Positions 1 to 9,570 of a stretch of DNA of 64,000 bases are shown in pieces. This DNA comes from Candidatus Bipolaricaulota bacterium. Lineage in GTDB: Bacteria; Bipolaricaulota; Bipolaricaulia; UBA7950; UBA9294. How positions within the stretch are numbered: position 1 is the stretch's first letter; every line of letters starts with the position of its first letter. Both the position numbers and the translations under genes were made by a program. The notes beneath the pieces are model-generated. The model searched no databases and was not told the DNA's origin. It worked only from the letters and a program-made list of their open reading frames with translations. The stretch is from NCBI GenBank assembly GCA_028277345.1, contig JANQGM010000006.1, forward strand, positions 110,535 to 174,534, in the 5' to 3' direction.

Positions 1-466
1 CGGAGAGGCATGCCAGCTCATCCAGACATGAGATGGGAATCCCCGTGCTTTCGGCCAGCTCCTCACGTGCACCCCGCTTGGCCACGTTCCTGAGCAGGTG
101 CCGCGTATTCGAGATGCCCTGATCAGCTAGAACTTGCACATGGACAGAATCGACGTTCGGGAGCTTGCCCAATGAGACCGGGTTGGGCAGGTAGCTGTTA
201 GCCTCGCGCCTCAGGAGTGAGAGATAGTCCACCGACAGGTCCGTCTCGGAAGCGACCTGCACGATCGTTGCCTTTGACTTGAGCGCAGCCAGCAGATCGG
301 CCATCGTGTCGATCCCGATCGCTTCAAGCCGAGCGAATCGTGCGTCGAGATCATCTTTCAGTGCGCGCCGACTGGGGATCATCGTTCGAGACCGCAATGC
401 GTCAGCCAAGGCCTCCAAGCTTATTTGAGACAGGTCCGCGTGATATCGATCAACGGGTTTTGTCAC
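1..466 (-). CDS. partial CDS (3' end outside window), DUF4332-like helix-hairpin-helix protein
   Basis: Own translation of the minus strand. The frame is open from 481 to the window edge: ...DLSQISLEALADALRSRTMIPSRRALKDDLDARFARLEAIGIDTMADLLAALKSKATIVQVASETDLSVDYLSLLRREANSYLPNPVSLGKLPNVDSVHVQVLADQGISNTRHLLRNVAKRGAREELAESTGIPISCLDELACLS. Repeated GI-x-T/N...LL helix-hairpin-helix-like units. Start uncertain (GTG 466, TTG 418/409/397 or ATG 382). Absent from the ORF track because it runs off the window. Confidence 0.45.
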   Translation of the reverse strand, partial: MTKPVDRYHADLSQISLEALADALRSRTMIPSRRALKDDLDARFARLEAIGIDTMADLLAALKSKATIVQVASETDLSVDYLSLLRREANSYLPNPVSLGKLPNVDSVHVQVLADQGISNTRHLLRNVAKRGAREELAESTGIPISCLDELACLS

Positions 467-1458
467 GATACGTTCACCGCCTTACTGTACTTGTGCGCCT
501 CTCGCTTCATGTTTGCCTCCAGCGATTCATAGAGAACGTTGGGCACATTCGGCTCGGCCCCTGAGGCGATCTCGACTGTGTGAATGCCATTCCCCTTCAG
601 GCACGCGAAGCACTCCTGAATCACCGCCTTAGCAAAGCCTCGCCGCCGGAAGTCAGCGTGAGTGCCCACCGGTTCAATGTATCCGAATCCCGCTCGCGCC
701 GTCTCGTGCCACCCCACGCAATAGGCGCCGGGCTGGCCGTCCGGCAAGATGACCATCAAATGGTAGTCGTCGCAGTAATCCGGTGAAGCAAGCTGTCCCG
801 TCAATCGCTCCATCGTGCAGCTCGAATTGTCGAATGCATTTCGTGTGAGCGCAACCCGTCTCTCCAGATCGCCCGATTCTGCCATCGTGCGAATCGAGAA
901 CCCCTTCTCTAGCTGATAGCTCGTATCGAGCTGACTCAGATTGTAGTTGCGCTTGTTCTCACAGTGAGATTCAAACCCGAAACCTCGCGATTCCAGCTGC
1001 TCGATTTCGGCGGCATCCTCGGCGCACACATAGACGTCAATCTTCTTTCGTTTCGTAGACCAAGTTCCCTCCGCCCAATCTAGGATGGCCGGGTAAAGAC
1101 CGTGGTAGTCAGGGTGGTCTTCGATGATCATGTCATCGCAACCGTATTCCGAGATGCACAGAGCGACGATCTCTCCGTTCTGGTTTCGCCATGTACGGGC
1201 GTTGTCGCGGAAGAACGCTTCCGACTTATCGGCATACGCCGAATGCCACCAGAAACTCATCCGTCCCGATTCCCACAGCATATTGGGCTCGATGGTCGAT
1301 AGGACATTCAAGAAGTCGCAAGCCTCCTGGTAGTTCGAATTGGCATTATGAGAGGCCTGTCCGAATGTATCCAAAGCAATTCCTTGAGCCTGTATTGGTG
1401 AGTATCGAGGTAGGACAAGGCGGCAGGCTACATCCGTGATTGTAGTGACATGATGCAT
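463..1458 (-). CDS. GNAT family N-acetyltransferase (large, about 330 aa)
   Basis: ORF 463..1551. C-terminal acetyl-CoA binding motif GYIEPVGTHADFRRRGFAKAVIQECFACL. Start placed at ATG 1458 (MHHVTTI) to leave room for the divergent promoter; 1551 is also possible. Confidence 0.7.
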   Translation of the reverse strand: MHHVTTITDVACRLVLPRYSPIQAQGIALDTFGQASHNANSNYQEACDFLNVLSTIEPNMLWESGRMSFWWHSAYADKSEAFFRDNARTWRNQNGEIVALCISEYGCDDMIIEDHPDYHGLYPAILDWAEGTWSTKRKKIDVYVCAEDAAEIEQLESRGFGFESHCENKRNYNLSQLDTSYQLEKGFSIRTMAESGDLERRVALTRNAFDNSSCTMERLTGQLASPDYCDDYHLMVILPDGQPGAYCVGWHETARAGFGYIEPVGTHADFRRRGFAKAVIQECFACLKGNGIHTVEIASGAEPNVPNVLYESLEANMKREAHKYSKAVNVS

Positions 1459-1571
1459 CGATGCAATCGAGATTAGCCAGAAGAAGTCCAAGAAACCCGT
1501 AAACCAATTGCTGTGATGAACTGCGGGGGATTCCCGGTTCGCAGGTTTCAATCAGACGGTCTGTTTTATTT

Positions 1572-1640
1572 CAATCGGACGATGTTTATAGTTGCAATTG
1601 GACGCATATAAAACTTACAATTAGACGATATGAACGATGG
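1572..1640 (+). promoter_or_regulatory. three direct repeats CAAT[CT][GA]GACG phased every 23 bp in the GNAT/ATPase divergent region
   Basis: CAATCGGACG at 1572, CAATTGGACG at 1595, CAATTAGACG at 1618. The last unit ends 2 nt before the ATG at 1630. Confidence 0.5.
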
Positions 1641-2874
1641 ACGACTATACCCTCGCTATGTGGAGGGACAACTCTCAGCTGCCATCGAGGATAGTCCGGT
1701 GATTCTGATTCACGGCCCTCGGCAATGCGGGAAAACAACGCTTGCTCAGATTTTCGGCAATGCGGCTGGGTATCAGTACTTCAGTTTCGACGATGCCGTG
1801 ATGGCTGAAGCAGCGGCTGAAGATCCGGCGGGATTCATCGGCGATCTTCCCGCCCGCGCAATCCTAGATGAAGTACAGCATGTCCCCGAGGTGTTCTCAG
1901 CACTGAAGATGTCCATCGATCGCGAACGTACTCCCGGCAGGTTCATTCTCACGGGGTCAGCCAATACCTTGTTGGTTCCTCGTCTGGCCGACTCGCTCGC
2001 CGGACGAATGGACATCATACGTTTGCATCCTCTGGCACAGTGCGAGCTTGCGAGACAGCCATCCGCGTTTCTCGACAAGCTCTTCGGAGGAGGATTTAGA
2101 ACTGGATTACACGAGAGGCTTCGCGGGCATCTCGTTTCCCGGATTGTCGCAGGAGGATATCCAGCCGCACTCGCACGCACATCGACAATGCGAAGTCGTG
2201 CATGGTATCGAAACTACATCTCGACACTTATCCAACGAGACGTCAAGGACCTCAGCCGGATTCGCAACCTGGCCGCCCTGCCTCGTTTGCTCTCACTCAT
2301 CGCGACACAGACCGCGCAGCTTCGCAATATCTCCAGCCTCGCCGCCCCCTTTCAAGAGAGCCGTGTAACCATTCACGACTACGTCACATTGCTGAAAAAC
2401 ATCTTCCTCATCGACATCTTGTCGCCGTGGCACACCAACCGAGGAAAGCGCTTGCTCAAGACACCGAAAATCCATATCGGAGATACCGGCGTGGCCACAT
2501 CGCTCATGGGAATGGATGAAGCTACTCTCGCAGCAGATCGTTCTACTCTAGGACGACTCGCCGAAACGTTCGTCTTTCAAGAGCTGCGAAGACTGGCAAG
2601 CTGGCATCCGGATGAGATTCGATTTCACCACTTCCGAGATAAGGACGGCTATGAGGTGGATATCGTTCTCGAGCGAAGTGCGGGAGAAGTCGTAGGGGTC
2701 GAGGTCAAGGCTTCTGCCTCCATCAAACGCAGCGACTTCGCAGGATTGCGAAAGTTGCAGACGCTCGCGAAATCAGGATTCAAGGCAGGAATCGTTCTCT
2801 ACGACGGAGAGGCCTGCGTCAGCTTTGGTGACAAACTGCAAGCCGTGCCTCTGCGCATGCTCTGGGAAAGCTAA
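1630..2874 (+). CDS. AAA+ ATPase, DUF4143 / COG1373 family
   Basis: Walker A GPRQCGKTT, Walker B AILDEVQ, C-terminal GYEVDIVLE...VEVKAS nuclease-fold-like segment typical of DUF4143 proteins. Confidence 0.85.
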   Translation: MNDGRLYPRYVEGQLSAAIEDSPVILIHGPRQCGKTTLAQIFGNAAGYQYFSFDDAVMAEAAAEDPAGFIGDLPARAILDEVQHVPEVFSALKMSIDRERTPGRFILTGSANTLLVPRLADSLAGRMDIIRLHPLAQCELARQPSAFLDKLFGGGFRTGLHERLRGHLVSRIVAGGYPAALARTSTMRSRAWYRNYISTLIQRDVKDLSRIRNLAALPRLLSLIATQTAQLRNISSLAAPFQESRVTIHDYVTLLKNIFLIDILSPWHTNRGKRLLKTPKIHIGDTGVATSLMGMDEATLAADRSTLGRLAETFVFQELRRLASWHPDEIRFHHFRDKDGYEVDIVLERSAGEVVGVEVKASASIKRSDFAGLRKLQTLAKSGFKAGIVLYDGEACVSFGDKLQAVPLRMLWES

Positions 2875-3101
2875 GACATTCCGACTCGTCGATATATCAG
2901 ACAACCTTTCTCCCGTGATTTCCACCGCCACTCCTAGGTCCATTTCGTATTGCTACAACATCCCAGCTAATTCCATCCTTGTCTCCTCACACGCTTGAGA
3001 GGACCATCGGTACATTGCTCGTGCTAGCAGCCGCTTGAAAAACGAATTGAGTACTATGTTCCCGGAACACGGAACCCATTGCTCGCACCAGGAGAAATTG
3101 A

Positions 3102-3965
3102 ATGCACGTCAACCAGAACAAACTGAGAATTTCAACAAGCCAATTCCCTGTGACGGGAGATATCAAGCAGAATGCCAAATACCTCTCCCGGCATATCCAA
3201 CTCGCCGCCAGCCAAAGCGCCAATGCCATCCTCTTCGCCGAAGGCGCTCTGTCGGGATACGGGAGACATACGATGTCGTTCTCTGGGTACGATTGGGGTC
3301 AACTTCGCCGCTCAACGCAAACAATCGTCGAGCTCGCAAGAGAATGCAAAATCTGGGTGCTGCTCGGTTCTGCTCATTTCTTAAGCTCGACTGCCCCGCC
3401 AACGAACTGCCTTTACATCATCTCGCCAACCGGAGAGGTCGCCGATCGGTACGACAAATCGATGCTGATTGGCCACGAGTTTGAACGATACTCAGGAGGA
3501 AATCACCCCGTGGTTTTGAATCTAGGGGGTTGGAAATGTGGTTTCGCAATCTGCTATGACTCGCACTTTCCGGAGTTATTCGCGCGCTATCGCCAAATGG
3601 GAGTACAGATATTGTTTCTCGCGATGAATTGTGCGGGAGTCAAAGAGGTCACGCCGCATGTAAAGCTCCTCTCGAAACTAGCACTCGCTCAATTCAGAAC
3701 GCGCGCCACGGACAATCGCATGTGGATCGTCGTTTCGAATTCCTCAGCCATTCACTCATGCGCACCCGCTATGATCGTTCGCCCGGATGGATCCATTCGC
3801 AAGAAACAACTGGGGTGTGCGGGATTGCTTTATCACGATTTTCCGGATGAACAACTTGGGATGCTATACAACGACAAGATGATGCTGCTTTCCGAGGAAG
3901 AAGTTTTTCACAATGGCACACCATCGAACCACCTCCGCATTTTGAACCGCCAGTCTCTTCCTTAA
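3102..3965 (+). CDS. carbon-nitrogen hydrolase (nitrilase superfamily) protein
   Basis: Catalytic triad contexts: FAEGAL (Glu), YDKSML (Lys), FAICYDSHFPE (Cys). Confidence 0.8.
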   Translation: MHVNQNKLRISTSQFPVTGDIKQNAKYLSRHIQLAASQSANAILFAEGALSGYGRHTMSFSGYDWGQLRRSTQTIVELARECKIWVLLGSAHFLSSTAPPTNCLYIISPTGEVADRYDKSMLIGHEFERYSGGNHPVVLNLGGWKCGFAICYDSHFPELFARYRQMGVQILFLAMNCAGVKEVTPHVKLLSKLALAQFRTRATDNRMWIVVSNSSAIHSCAPAMIVRPDGSIRKKQLGCAGLLYHDFPDEQLGMLYNDKMMLLSEEEVFHNGTPSNHLRILNRQSLP

Positions 3966-4052
3966 GTGGAGCTTGGCGAAGATAGGATTTCGTTCGCACG
4001 GACAGTAATACATATCAAGATGGCAATGCACCTACAAGCAATGATCTGGCAC

Positions 4053-4693
4053 TCACAATCCGCCAGGATTCTTCACCATTTCCCAGTTTGGAAGACCGAT
4101 CAACGGAAGATCGATTCTCTCGACCACCTTGAACCCGAAGTGCTCGTACATCGATACGTTGTCTTCGCTTCCCGCTCCGACATACAGAGGCAGGTCCATC
4201 TGCTCCGCGTTTTGGACTGCAGACGGACCAATTGCCCGCCATAACCTTTGCCCCGGTGTCGATCGGGAACGCCAAGCACGAGTAGATAGAGGAAATCCAT
4301 GCCCGCGAAGTGCTGGTTCCGATACTCAGTGACGGGCTTGAATGCGTCTCCAGCCTTCTTCGCGACACGCCCTCCCATTCTCGTCGCGGCACTCAAACCT
4401 CCGATCCGAATGAGTTGCCACAAGCCGAGATCGAGATGCGCTCCGGGAATCCATGCAACGATCCCCTCAAGCCCCGGTGACATAGCAACCGCTTCACCAT
4501 AGGCCAGAGATTGGCGAAGCGGGATCTCAAAAATGGCACGCAGCCTCTTGTCGATGTTCGATTCTCCCTCGCAAATCGCACTCCAGATGGGATCGTTCTG
4601 AAAGGCGTCGGCAAGAATGCGAGCAGCCCTCCGGGTATCCGCCTTCTGAATCGGGTACAGCACCTCCATCTCTTCCCCCTCGAAATCAATCAA
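4053..4693 (-). pseudogene. GNAT N-acetyltransferase, frameshifted paralogue of 6904..7557
   Basis: ORF 4100..4693 matches the 6904..7557 protein up to GKGYGGQLV, then diverges. DNA comparison shows a 1-nt deletion near 4222 (GCAGACGGACC versus GCAGCACGGACC in the intact copy). Restoring it gives ...PNWEMVKNPGGL* with the stop at 4053. It could also be a sequencing error. Confidence 0.6.
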
Positions 4694-5007
4694 GCGGTAC
4701 TATACGACTGACATTTCTTCACAGCCAACCATGAGTCTCCCTCTGGAGGGTAGAGGTTCATGAGACACTGATTGATTGGACGAGTTATCCATGGCCTTAT
4801 AGATGAGAAACCTTTAGTAGCTCTGTCATCGTTCAATCGATGTCGGTCTCCGACACTCGAAATCTTCAGGCGCAGGATGAACCTACGGTTTCCGAACTAC
4901 TGGCTTGCCGGGCGCCAAGTTCGAGGGATGAAACTCGAAGAAACTAGGGCCATGCTCCTCTGCTTCGACAGATCGACTGAGACTATTGCGATGAAATCAG
5001 CGTTCTG

Positions 5008-6066
5008 TCATGCGAGCAGGATTTTGCAGGCACGCAGGATCGACAAGCTAACCCAAAGCTGAAGCTCTCTCGTCTTGGCGTTCTCGGCCGCCTTGTGGAT
5101 CTTGGAATAGGAGTGTTTCCACAATCCCGACGACGTTTGATTCTCGACCAGCCAGTCCAAAGCTTGAGTAATTCGCGGGTGATCCAGCGTGAACCCGAGG
5201 AGAGACAGAGAATCCAATGCTGAAACGAGATCCGTCCACCAAAAGGGGTACTGGAACCGGAGCCAATTGTCGGGATGCTGATAGGACGAGTGATTGTTCC
5301 TCTTGAAGAGCGAATCCGCCAACAGCTGTCCCGCCTGCTTGGCTTCTGGAGACGTTGAGTAGAACGAATGCGTTACGAACCCCCGGATGACCATGCCTGT
5401 TCCCGCATGCCCAAACGGCTGATCGCGATCGAAATCTCTTCGAGTCCCGACAAACTGGGTCGTCAGCGCATCCCGCTCCTCGCGCGAGTAGGTGCCCATG
5501 CATCCCGGACTCCCGATCACCCAGCCGCCATCGTTTTGCCGCATCGACAGTAGCCAATTCATGGCAGCCTTTACCCGAGGATCGTCCTCATATCCCGAGC
5601 GGTTGAGGTTAGCCACGATGATGCCGTTGTAATACGGTGCGTATTGCTCGCCAATGATTCCGCGGATGTCGCCCTCGTCCGTTTGGCAAGAAAACAGATA
5701 CTCCGCCGCCCGCTCGATACAGGGGTGCGATCGATTCAATCCATATTGATTCACCAGGATGTTGGTGAATCGAAACGTTTCCAGGAGATCGTAGTTCTGT
5801 GCCGGATGCTTGGCCTTGTTCGCAGATTTCGACAGCCAATGTCCGTCGGCGGTTTGCCTCTTGATGATGTCCCGGACGTCGTCCAAGGCCCAGATCTCAG
5901 ATAGGTCCCGGACCGGCTCCTGAAGGAGATCCCTTCGCGTGAAGTAAATGACGGCAGGATTACCTGATTCCAACAATGGCGTCACGGGATCATATGCAAA
6001 ACACTTGACCCAACTGACTGCCGTCATGTTCAGTCCATCCTTTGAGACACAGTTGCCCCAATCCAT
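5008..6066 (-). CDS. prenyltransferase / squalene-cyclase-repeat (alpha/alpha toroid) protein
   Basis: Recurrent QW-type repeats: KRQTADGHW, SCQTDEGD, MRQNDGGW, ENQTSSGLW. About 350 aa, no signal peptide seen. Confidence 0.7.
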   Translation of the reverse strand: MDWGNCVSKDGLNMTAVSWVKCFAYDPVTPLLESGNPAVIYFTRRDLLQEPVRDLSEIWALDDVRDIIKRQTADGHWLSKSANKAKHPAQNYDLLETFRFTNILVNQYGLNRSHPCIERAAEYLFSCQTDEGDIRGIIGEQYAPYYNGIIVANLNRSGYEDDPRVKAAMNWLLSMRQNDGGWVIGSPGCMGTYSREERDALTTQFVGTRRDFDRDQPFGHAGTGMVIRGFVTHSFYSTSPEAKQAGQLLADSLFKRNNHSSYQHPDNWLRFQYPFWWTDLVSALDSLSLLGFTLDHPRITQALDWLVENQTSSGLWKHSYSKIHKAAENAKTRELQLWVSLSILRACKILLA

Positions 6067-6131
6067 GCTGTTTCGAGCAATCGGACGAGGGGCACCGCAG
6101 TCATTCTATCCGCAGCCTCTGTCGTCAACCT

Positions 6132-6824
6132 TCACACGACGTTCGAAGCCTCGTTCGGAGTTGGAGCAGCTGTTGCGGCAGGCGGCTTTCGCACCAGTGT
6201 CAAGGGATGCTGCTCGTCCTTCTCGACGTACTGCTCGCCGTATCCGTGTCCAAGGATTCGTTCCCGAACGATCTCGAACCCTACACCCTCAAGCAGTTCC
6301 ATGGTGTCCGAGAAGCTCAGCTTGCTCCAGTACATGTCATTGCCGAAGAAATCGTGCTTGATATAGGGTTCAGTCCTATCCTTTGTCAATGAAACCAAGA
6401 AATACCCGCCCGGGCGCAGCCACGCCCAGACTCTCTCAAACAGCCGACCGTGCTCATCTCTTGGCAGATGGAACAGCATGAAGATGGCGACGACTGCATC
6501 GTACGCATTCTCAGCCAGCACAAGGCCGGAAACGTCACCAAGCTCAAATCGGGCCTCCGGAACATTGACTTCGGCCAACCTGACCATCGCTTCCGAGATA
6601 TCGACGCCGGTCACGCGATAGCGCTCCGATAGCGCGCGAGCAATAGGAACACCAGCACCGCAACCAAGATCGAGAACCGCCGATCCTTCGGGAAGCACCC
6701 CAAGGAGGGGAATGATCTGATCAGCATCATCTTCCGCTCTTCGGGGTGCATAGACATCTGCACAGGCATTGTACCCATCGCGCACAATCGCCTTGGGATC
6801 GATTCTCTGAGTGATGCGCTCCAT
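6132..6824 (-). CDS. class I SAM-dependent methyltransferase
   Basis: Motif I VLDLGCGAGVPIA, motif II/III AIFMLFHLP, LRPGGYFLV. Start moved to ATG 6824 (MERITQ), which has AAGGAG 8 nt upstream. The ORF-track start 6950 would overlap the GNAT gene. Confidence 0.85.
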   Translation of the reverse strand: MERITQRIDPKAIVRDGYNACADVYAPRRAEDDADQIIPLLGVLPEGSAVLDLGCGAGVPIARALSERYRVTGVDISEAMVRLAEVNVPEARFELGDVSGLVLAENAYDAVVAIFMLFHLPRDEHGRLFERVWAWLRPGGYFLVSLTKDRTEPYIKHDFFGNDMYWSKLSFSDTMELLEGVGFEIVRERILGHGYGEQYVEKDEQHPLTLVRKPPAATAAPTPNEASNVV

Positions 6825-6903
6825 CGCGGCGTCTCCTTTCGCCCTCGCCAGTTGCTCAGGCATAGACGAAGGAGTGTATGGTACTCGTGTTGCCTCCCAC
6901 GGC

Positions 6904-7557
6904 TCACGGTCTGCCAGGATTCCACACCATTTCCCAGTTTGGCAGGCCAATCAACGGAAGATCGATTCTCTCGACCACCTTGAATCCAAAGTGCTCGTAC
7001 ATCGATACGTTGTCTTCGCTTCCCGCTCCGACATACAGAGGCAGGTCCATCTGCTCCGCGTTTTGGATTGCAGCACGGACCAGTTGCCCGCCAAAGCCTT
7101 TGCCCCGGTGTCGATCGGGAACGCCAAGCACGAGTAGATAGAGGAAATCCATGCCCGCGAGATGCTGGTTCCGATACTCGGTGACGGGTTTGAATGCGTC
7201 TCCAGCCTTCTTCGCGACACGCCCTCCCATTCTCGTCGCGGCGCTCAAGCCTCCGATCCGAAAGAGTTGCCACACTCCGAGATCGAGATGCGCTCCGGGA
7301 ATCCACGCAACGATCCCCTCAAGCTCCGCTGACGTGGCAACCGCTTCACCGTAGGCCAGCGCTTGGCGAAGCGGGATCTCGAAGATGGCTCGTCGCCTTT
7401 TGTCAGTGTTCGATTCTCCATCGCAAATCGCACTCCAGATGGGATCGTTCTGAAAAGCATCAGCAAGAATGCGGGAAGCTCTCTGGATATCCGCCTTCTG
7501 AATCGGGTACAGCATCTCCATCTCCTCACTCTCAGCATCATCGGCGATGCGCGACAA
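6904..7557 (-). CDS. GNAT family N-acetyltransferase (intact copy)
   Basis: Motif A LLVLGVPDRHRGKGFGGQLVRAAI. 217 aa. About 85-90 percent identical by eye to the 4053..4693 copy. Confidence 0.85.
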   Translation of the reverse strand: MSRIADDAESEEMEMLYPIQKADIQRASRILADAFQNDPIWSAICDGESNTDKRRRAIFEIPLRQALAYGEAVATSAELEGIVAWIPGAHLDLGVWQLFRIGGLSAATRMGGRVAKKAGDAFKPVTEYRNQHLAGMDFLYLLVLGVPDRHRGKGFGGQLVRAAIQNAEQMDLPLYVGAGSEDNVSMYEHFGFKVVERIDLPLIGLPNWEMVWNPGRP

Positions 7558-7744
7558 TCACTTTAGCAGCCATCGATCGCATGTCGTTCCCATAAGCGGG
7601 ATGGTTCATGGGAACGCGCCGTTGAGAACGCCACGGATCAACCGAAAAACACCTAACCCTTAGCAGCTCTAACATCACTCGACAGATGCCGTGCTCCAGT
7701 ATTCGAAGTCATCCGACTGCAGCTGAACCCAGGTATCCGAGCCT

Positions 7745-7880
7745 CCCGCCAATCTCTTCCGTGAGATAGCCGATGTTTCGGAACAGATCCTTCGCAAACT
7801 GCTACTCGGAATCGAGTTCCTTATAGGAATTCTGGAGGTCACGAATGCATGGATTCTCTTCTGGCCGTCGCTTCACTCTT
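7745..7880 (-). pseudogene. decayed N-terminal remnant of a MazG-like gene
   Basis: DNA aligns with 15560-15700 and 12780-12900. Translation ...ENPCIRDLQNSYKELDSE*QFAKDLFRNIGYLTEEIG carries an in-frame TAG and lacks the C-terminal half. Confidence 0.6.
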
Positions 7881-8038
7881 AAGCACTCTCCCTGCAATCA
7901 ATCTGGCTAACTATATCCGGAACGCTTTAGTGAGGTTCCACGCATCCTCCGGCGCAAGCTCTCTGCTCATGCACTTGTGAATTAGGTATATGTCCCCCGG
8001 AGTTTTGCATTTGTCACATCAATTGGGTCGGTTGCCTA

Positions 8039-8067
8039 TTGAACGACCTGCTATTCTGTGTTACTAT
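8039..8067 (+). promoter_or_regulatory. putative sigma70-type promoter of the PadR operon
   Basis: TTGAAC-17 nt-TACTAT, 48 nt upstream of ATG 8115. Confidence 0.35.
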
Positions 8068-8114
8068 ATACCGGTAGTGAGTATTGCTTAATAGCATGGA
8101 AAGAGGATTTTGAG

Positions 8115-8441
8115 ATGGAAAACCTTACGGAAATGCTCAAGGGGATCTTGGAAGGCTGTGTCCTCGAAATAATCAGCCACGAGGAAATCTATGGCTACGA
8201 AATCACTCGGCGCCTGAACGCTCTCGGTTTTTCGGACGTTGTGGATGGAACAACCTATACGATCTTGATCCGGCTTGAGAAAAATGAGCTCGTAGACATA
8301 GAAAAAAGGCCATCCGATATGGGACCACCAAGGAAATTCTACACGCTCAGCAATGCGGGACGCCAGGAACTCCGACACTTCTGGGAAAAATGGGAGTTCA
8401 TTGCGTCAAAAATCAGCGAATTAAAGGAGAGGCATTCATGA
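8115..8441 (+). CDS. PadR family transcriptional regulator
   Basis: LEGCVLEIISHEEIYGYEITRRL...DGTTYTILIRLEKNELV winged-helix pattern. Start at ATG 8115 with AAGAGGA upstream. Confidence 0.85.
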   Translation: MENLTEMLKGILEGCVLEIISHEEIYGYEITRRLNALGFSDVVDGTTYTILIRLEKNELVDIEKRPSDMGPPRKFYTLSNAGRQELRHFWEKWEFIASKISELKERHS

Positions 8442-8800
8442 GAAATCCAATTACGTATTTCAAATACATCGCTCAGGAGAAGCGCAGGTACAAACACATG
8501 CTAGCCCGCGCCAAAGCGTTGCCAGAGGAATACGCTTTCATGTTCGACAAGATTCAACAGTACATGTGGATTCATGCGGCGGGCGACGGCATGGGGATGA
8601 TATCGATTCTCAGCGGTTTGCTTGATCTGTTTGAGGCAGGCGTGACAGAAGGCAAACGCGTCCTCGAAATAACAGGTGCTGACGTAGCCACGTTCTGCGA
8701 TGAGCTTTTGCGTAACACGAAAACGTGGACCGCAGACTGGCAAAAGGCATTGAATCGCGACGTCAGAAGGAAACTCGAACGGGAGAGCGATTTCAAATGA
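8438..8800 (+). CDS. DUF1048 domain protein (usual PadR partner)
   Basis: ARAKALPEEYAFMFDKIQQYMW...LLDLFEAGVTEGKRVLEITGADVATFCDELL. ATGA overlap with the PadR stop. Confidence 0.7.
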   Translation: MRNPITYFKYIAQEKRRYKHMLARAKALPEEYAFMFDKIQQYMWIHAAGDGMGMISILSGLLDLFEAGVTEGKRVLEITGADVATFCDELLRNTKTWTADWQKALNRDVRRKLERESDFK

Positions 8801-9570
8801 CTGATTTAGCGATACGTACAAAGGGATTGAAAAAGTCGTATCAGACGGCAGAAGTCCTAAAAGGCGTTGACTTCGATGTGCAGCGCGGCGAGGTTTTCGC
8901 CCTGCTTGGCTCGAACGGAGCAGGGAAGACGACGATCATAAGAATTCTCGTCACTTTGTTGAGGCCCGACGGGGGCACGGCATCTGTGAGTGGCTTTGAT
9001 GTTTCGAGAGCACCCGAAAAAGTACGGCAGTCAATCAGCTTAACCGGGCAATTTATCGCTGTGGATGAGGTGCTGACCGGACGGGAAAACCTGCACATGA
9101 TTGCTAGGCTACGCCATCTCGATGACCCTCGCGGTATCGTCGAGAAATTGCTAGAACGCTTCGGGCTAACAGACGTCGCTGATCGCAAAGCGGGAATGTA
9201 TTCAGGCGGAATGAAACGCAAGCTTGACCTTGCCATGAGCCTTGTGGGTAACCCCTCGGTGGTCTTCCTTGATGAGCCTACGACGGGGCTTGATCCGGAA
9301 GCACGCCGTGAGGTTTGGGAAATGATAAAAGAGCTCGCGAACATCGGCACTACGGTTTTTCTGACTACTCAATACTTGGAGGAGGCTGAAAAACTCGCGG
9401 ATCGAGTTGCGATATTGCATGAAGGCCGAATTATCGTTGATGCGACGCTTTCAGAGCTGAGAAAACCTCTCCCACCCACCCAAGTCGAATATGTGGAAGC
9501 CCAACCGACACTGGAGGAGATCTTCCTGTATATAACCGGAAAGGAAGTGAGCAAGAAGGGAGGAAACTAA
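8797..9570 (+). CDS. ABC transporter ATP-binding protein (DrrA/ABC-2 type exporter)
   Basis: Walker A GSNGAGKTT, signature YSGGMKRKL, Walker B VVFLDEPTTGLD. ATGA overlap with the upstream gene. Confidence 0.9.
   Translation: MTDLAIRTKGLKKSYQTAEVLKGVDFDVQRGEVFALLGSNGAGKTTIIRILVTLLRPDGGTASVSGFDVSRAPEKVRQSISLTGQFIAVDEVLTGRENLHMIARLRHLDDPRGIVEKLLERFGLTDVADRKAGMYSGGMKRKLDLAMSLVGNPSVVFLDEPTTGLDPEARREVWEMIKELANIGTTVFLTTQYLEEAEKLADRVAILHEGRIIVDATLSELRKPLPPTQVEYVEAQPTLEEIFLYITGKEVSKKGGN

Noticed and set aside
340-786. Small plus-strand ORFs 340..564 and 580..786.
   Set aside because: They overlap the minus-strand DUF4332-like and GNAT coding frames. They have no motifs and their composition looks non-coding.
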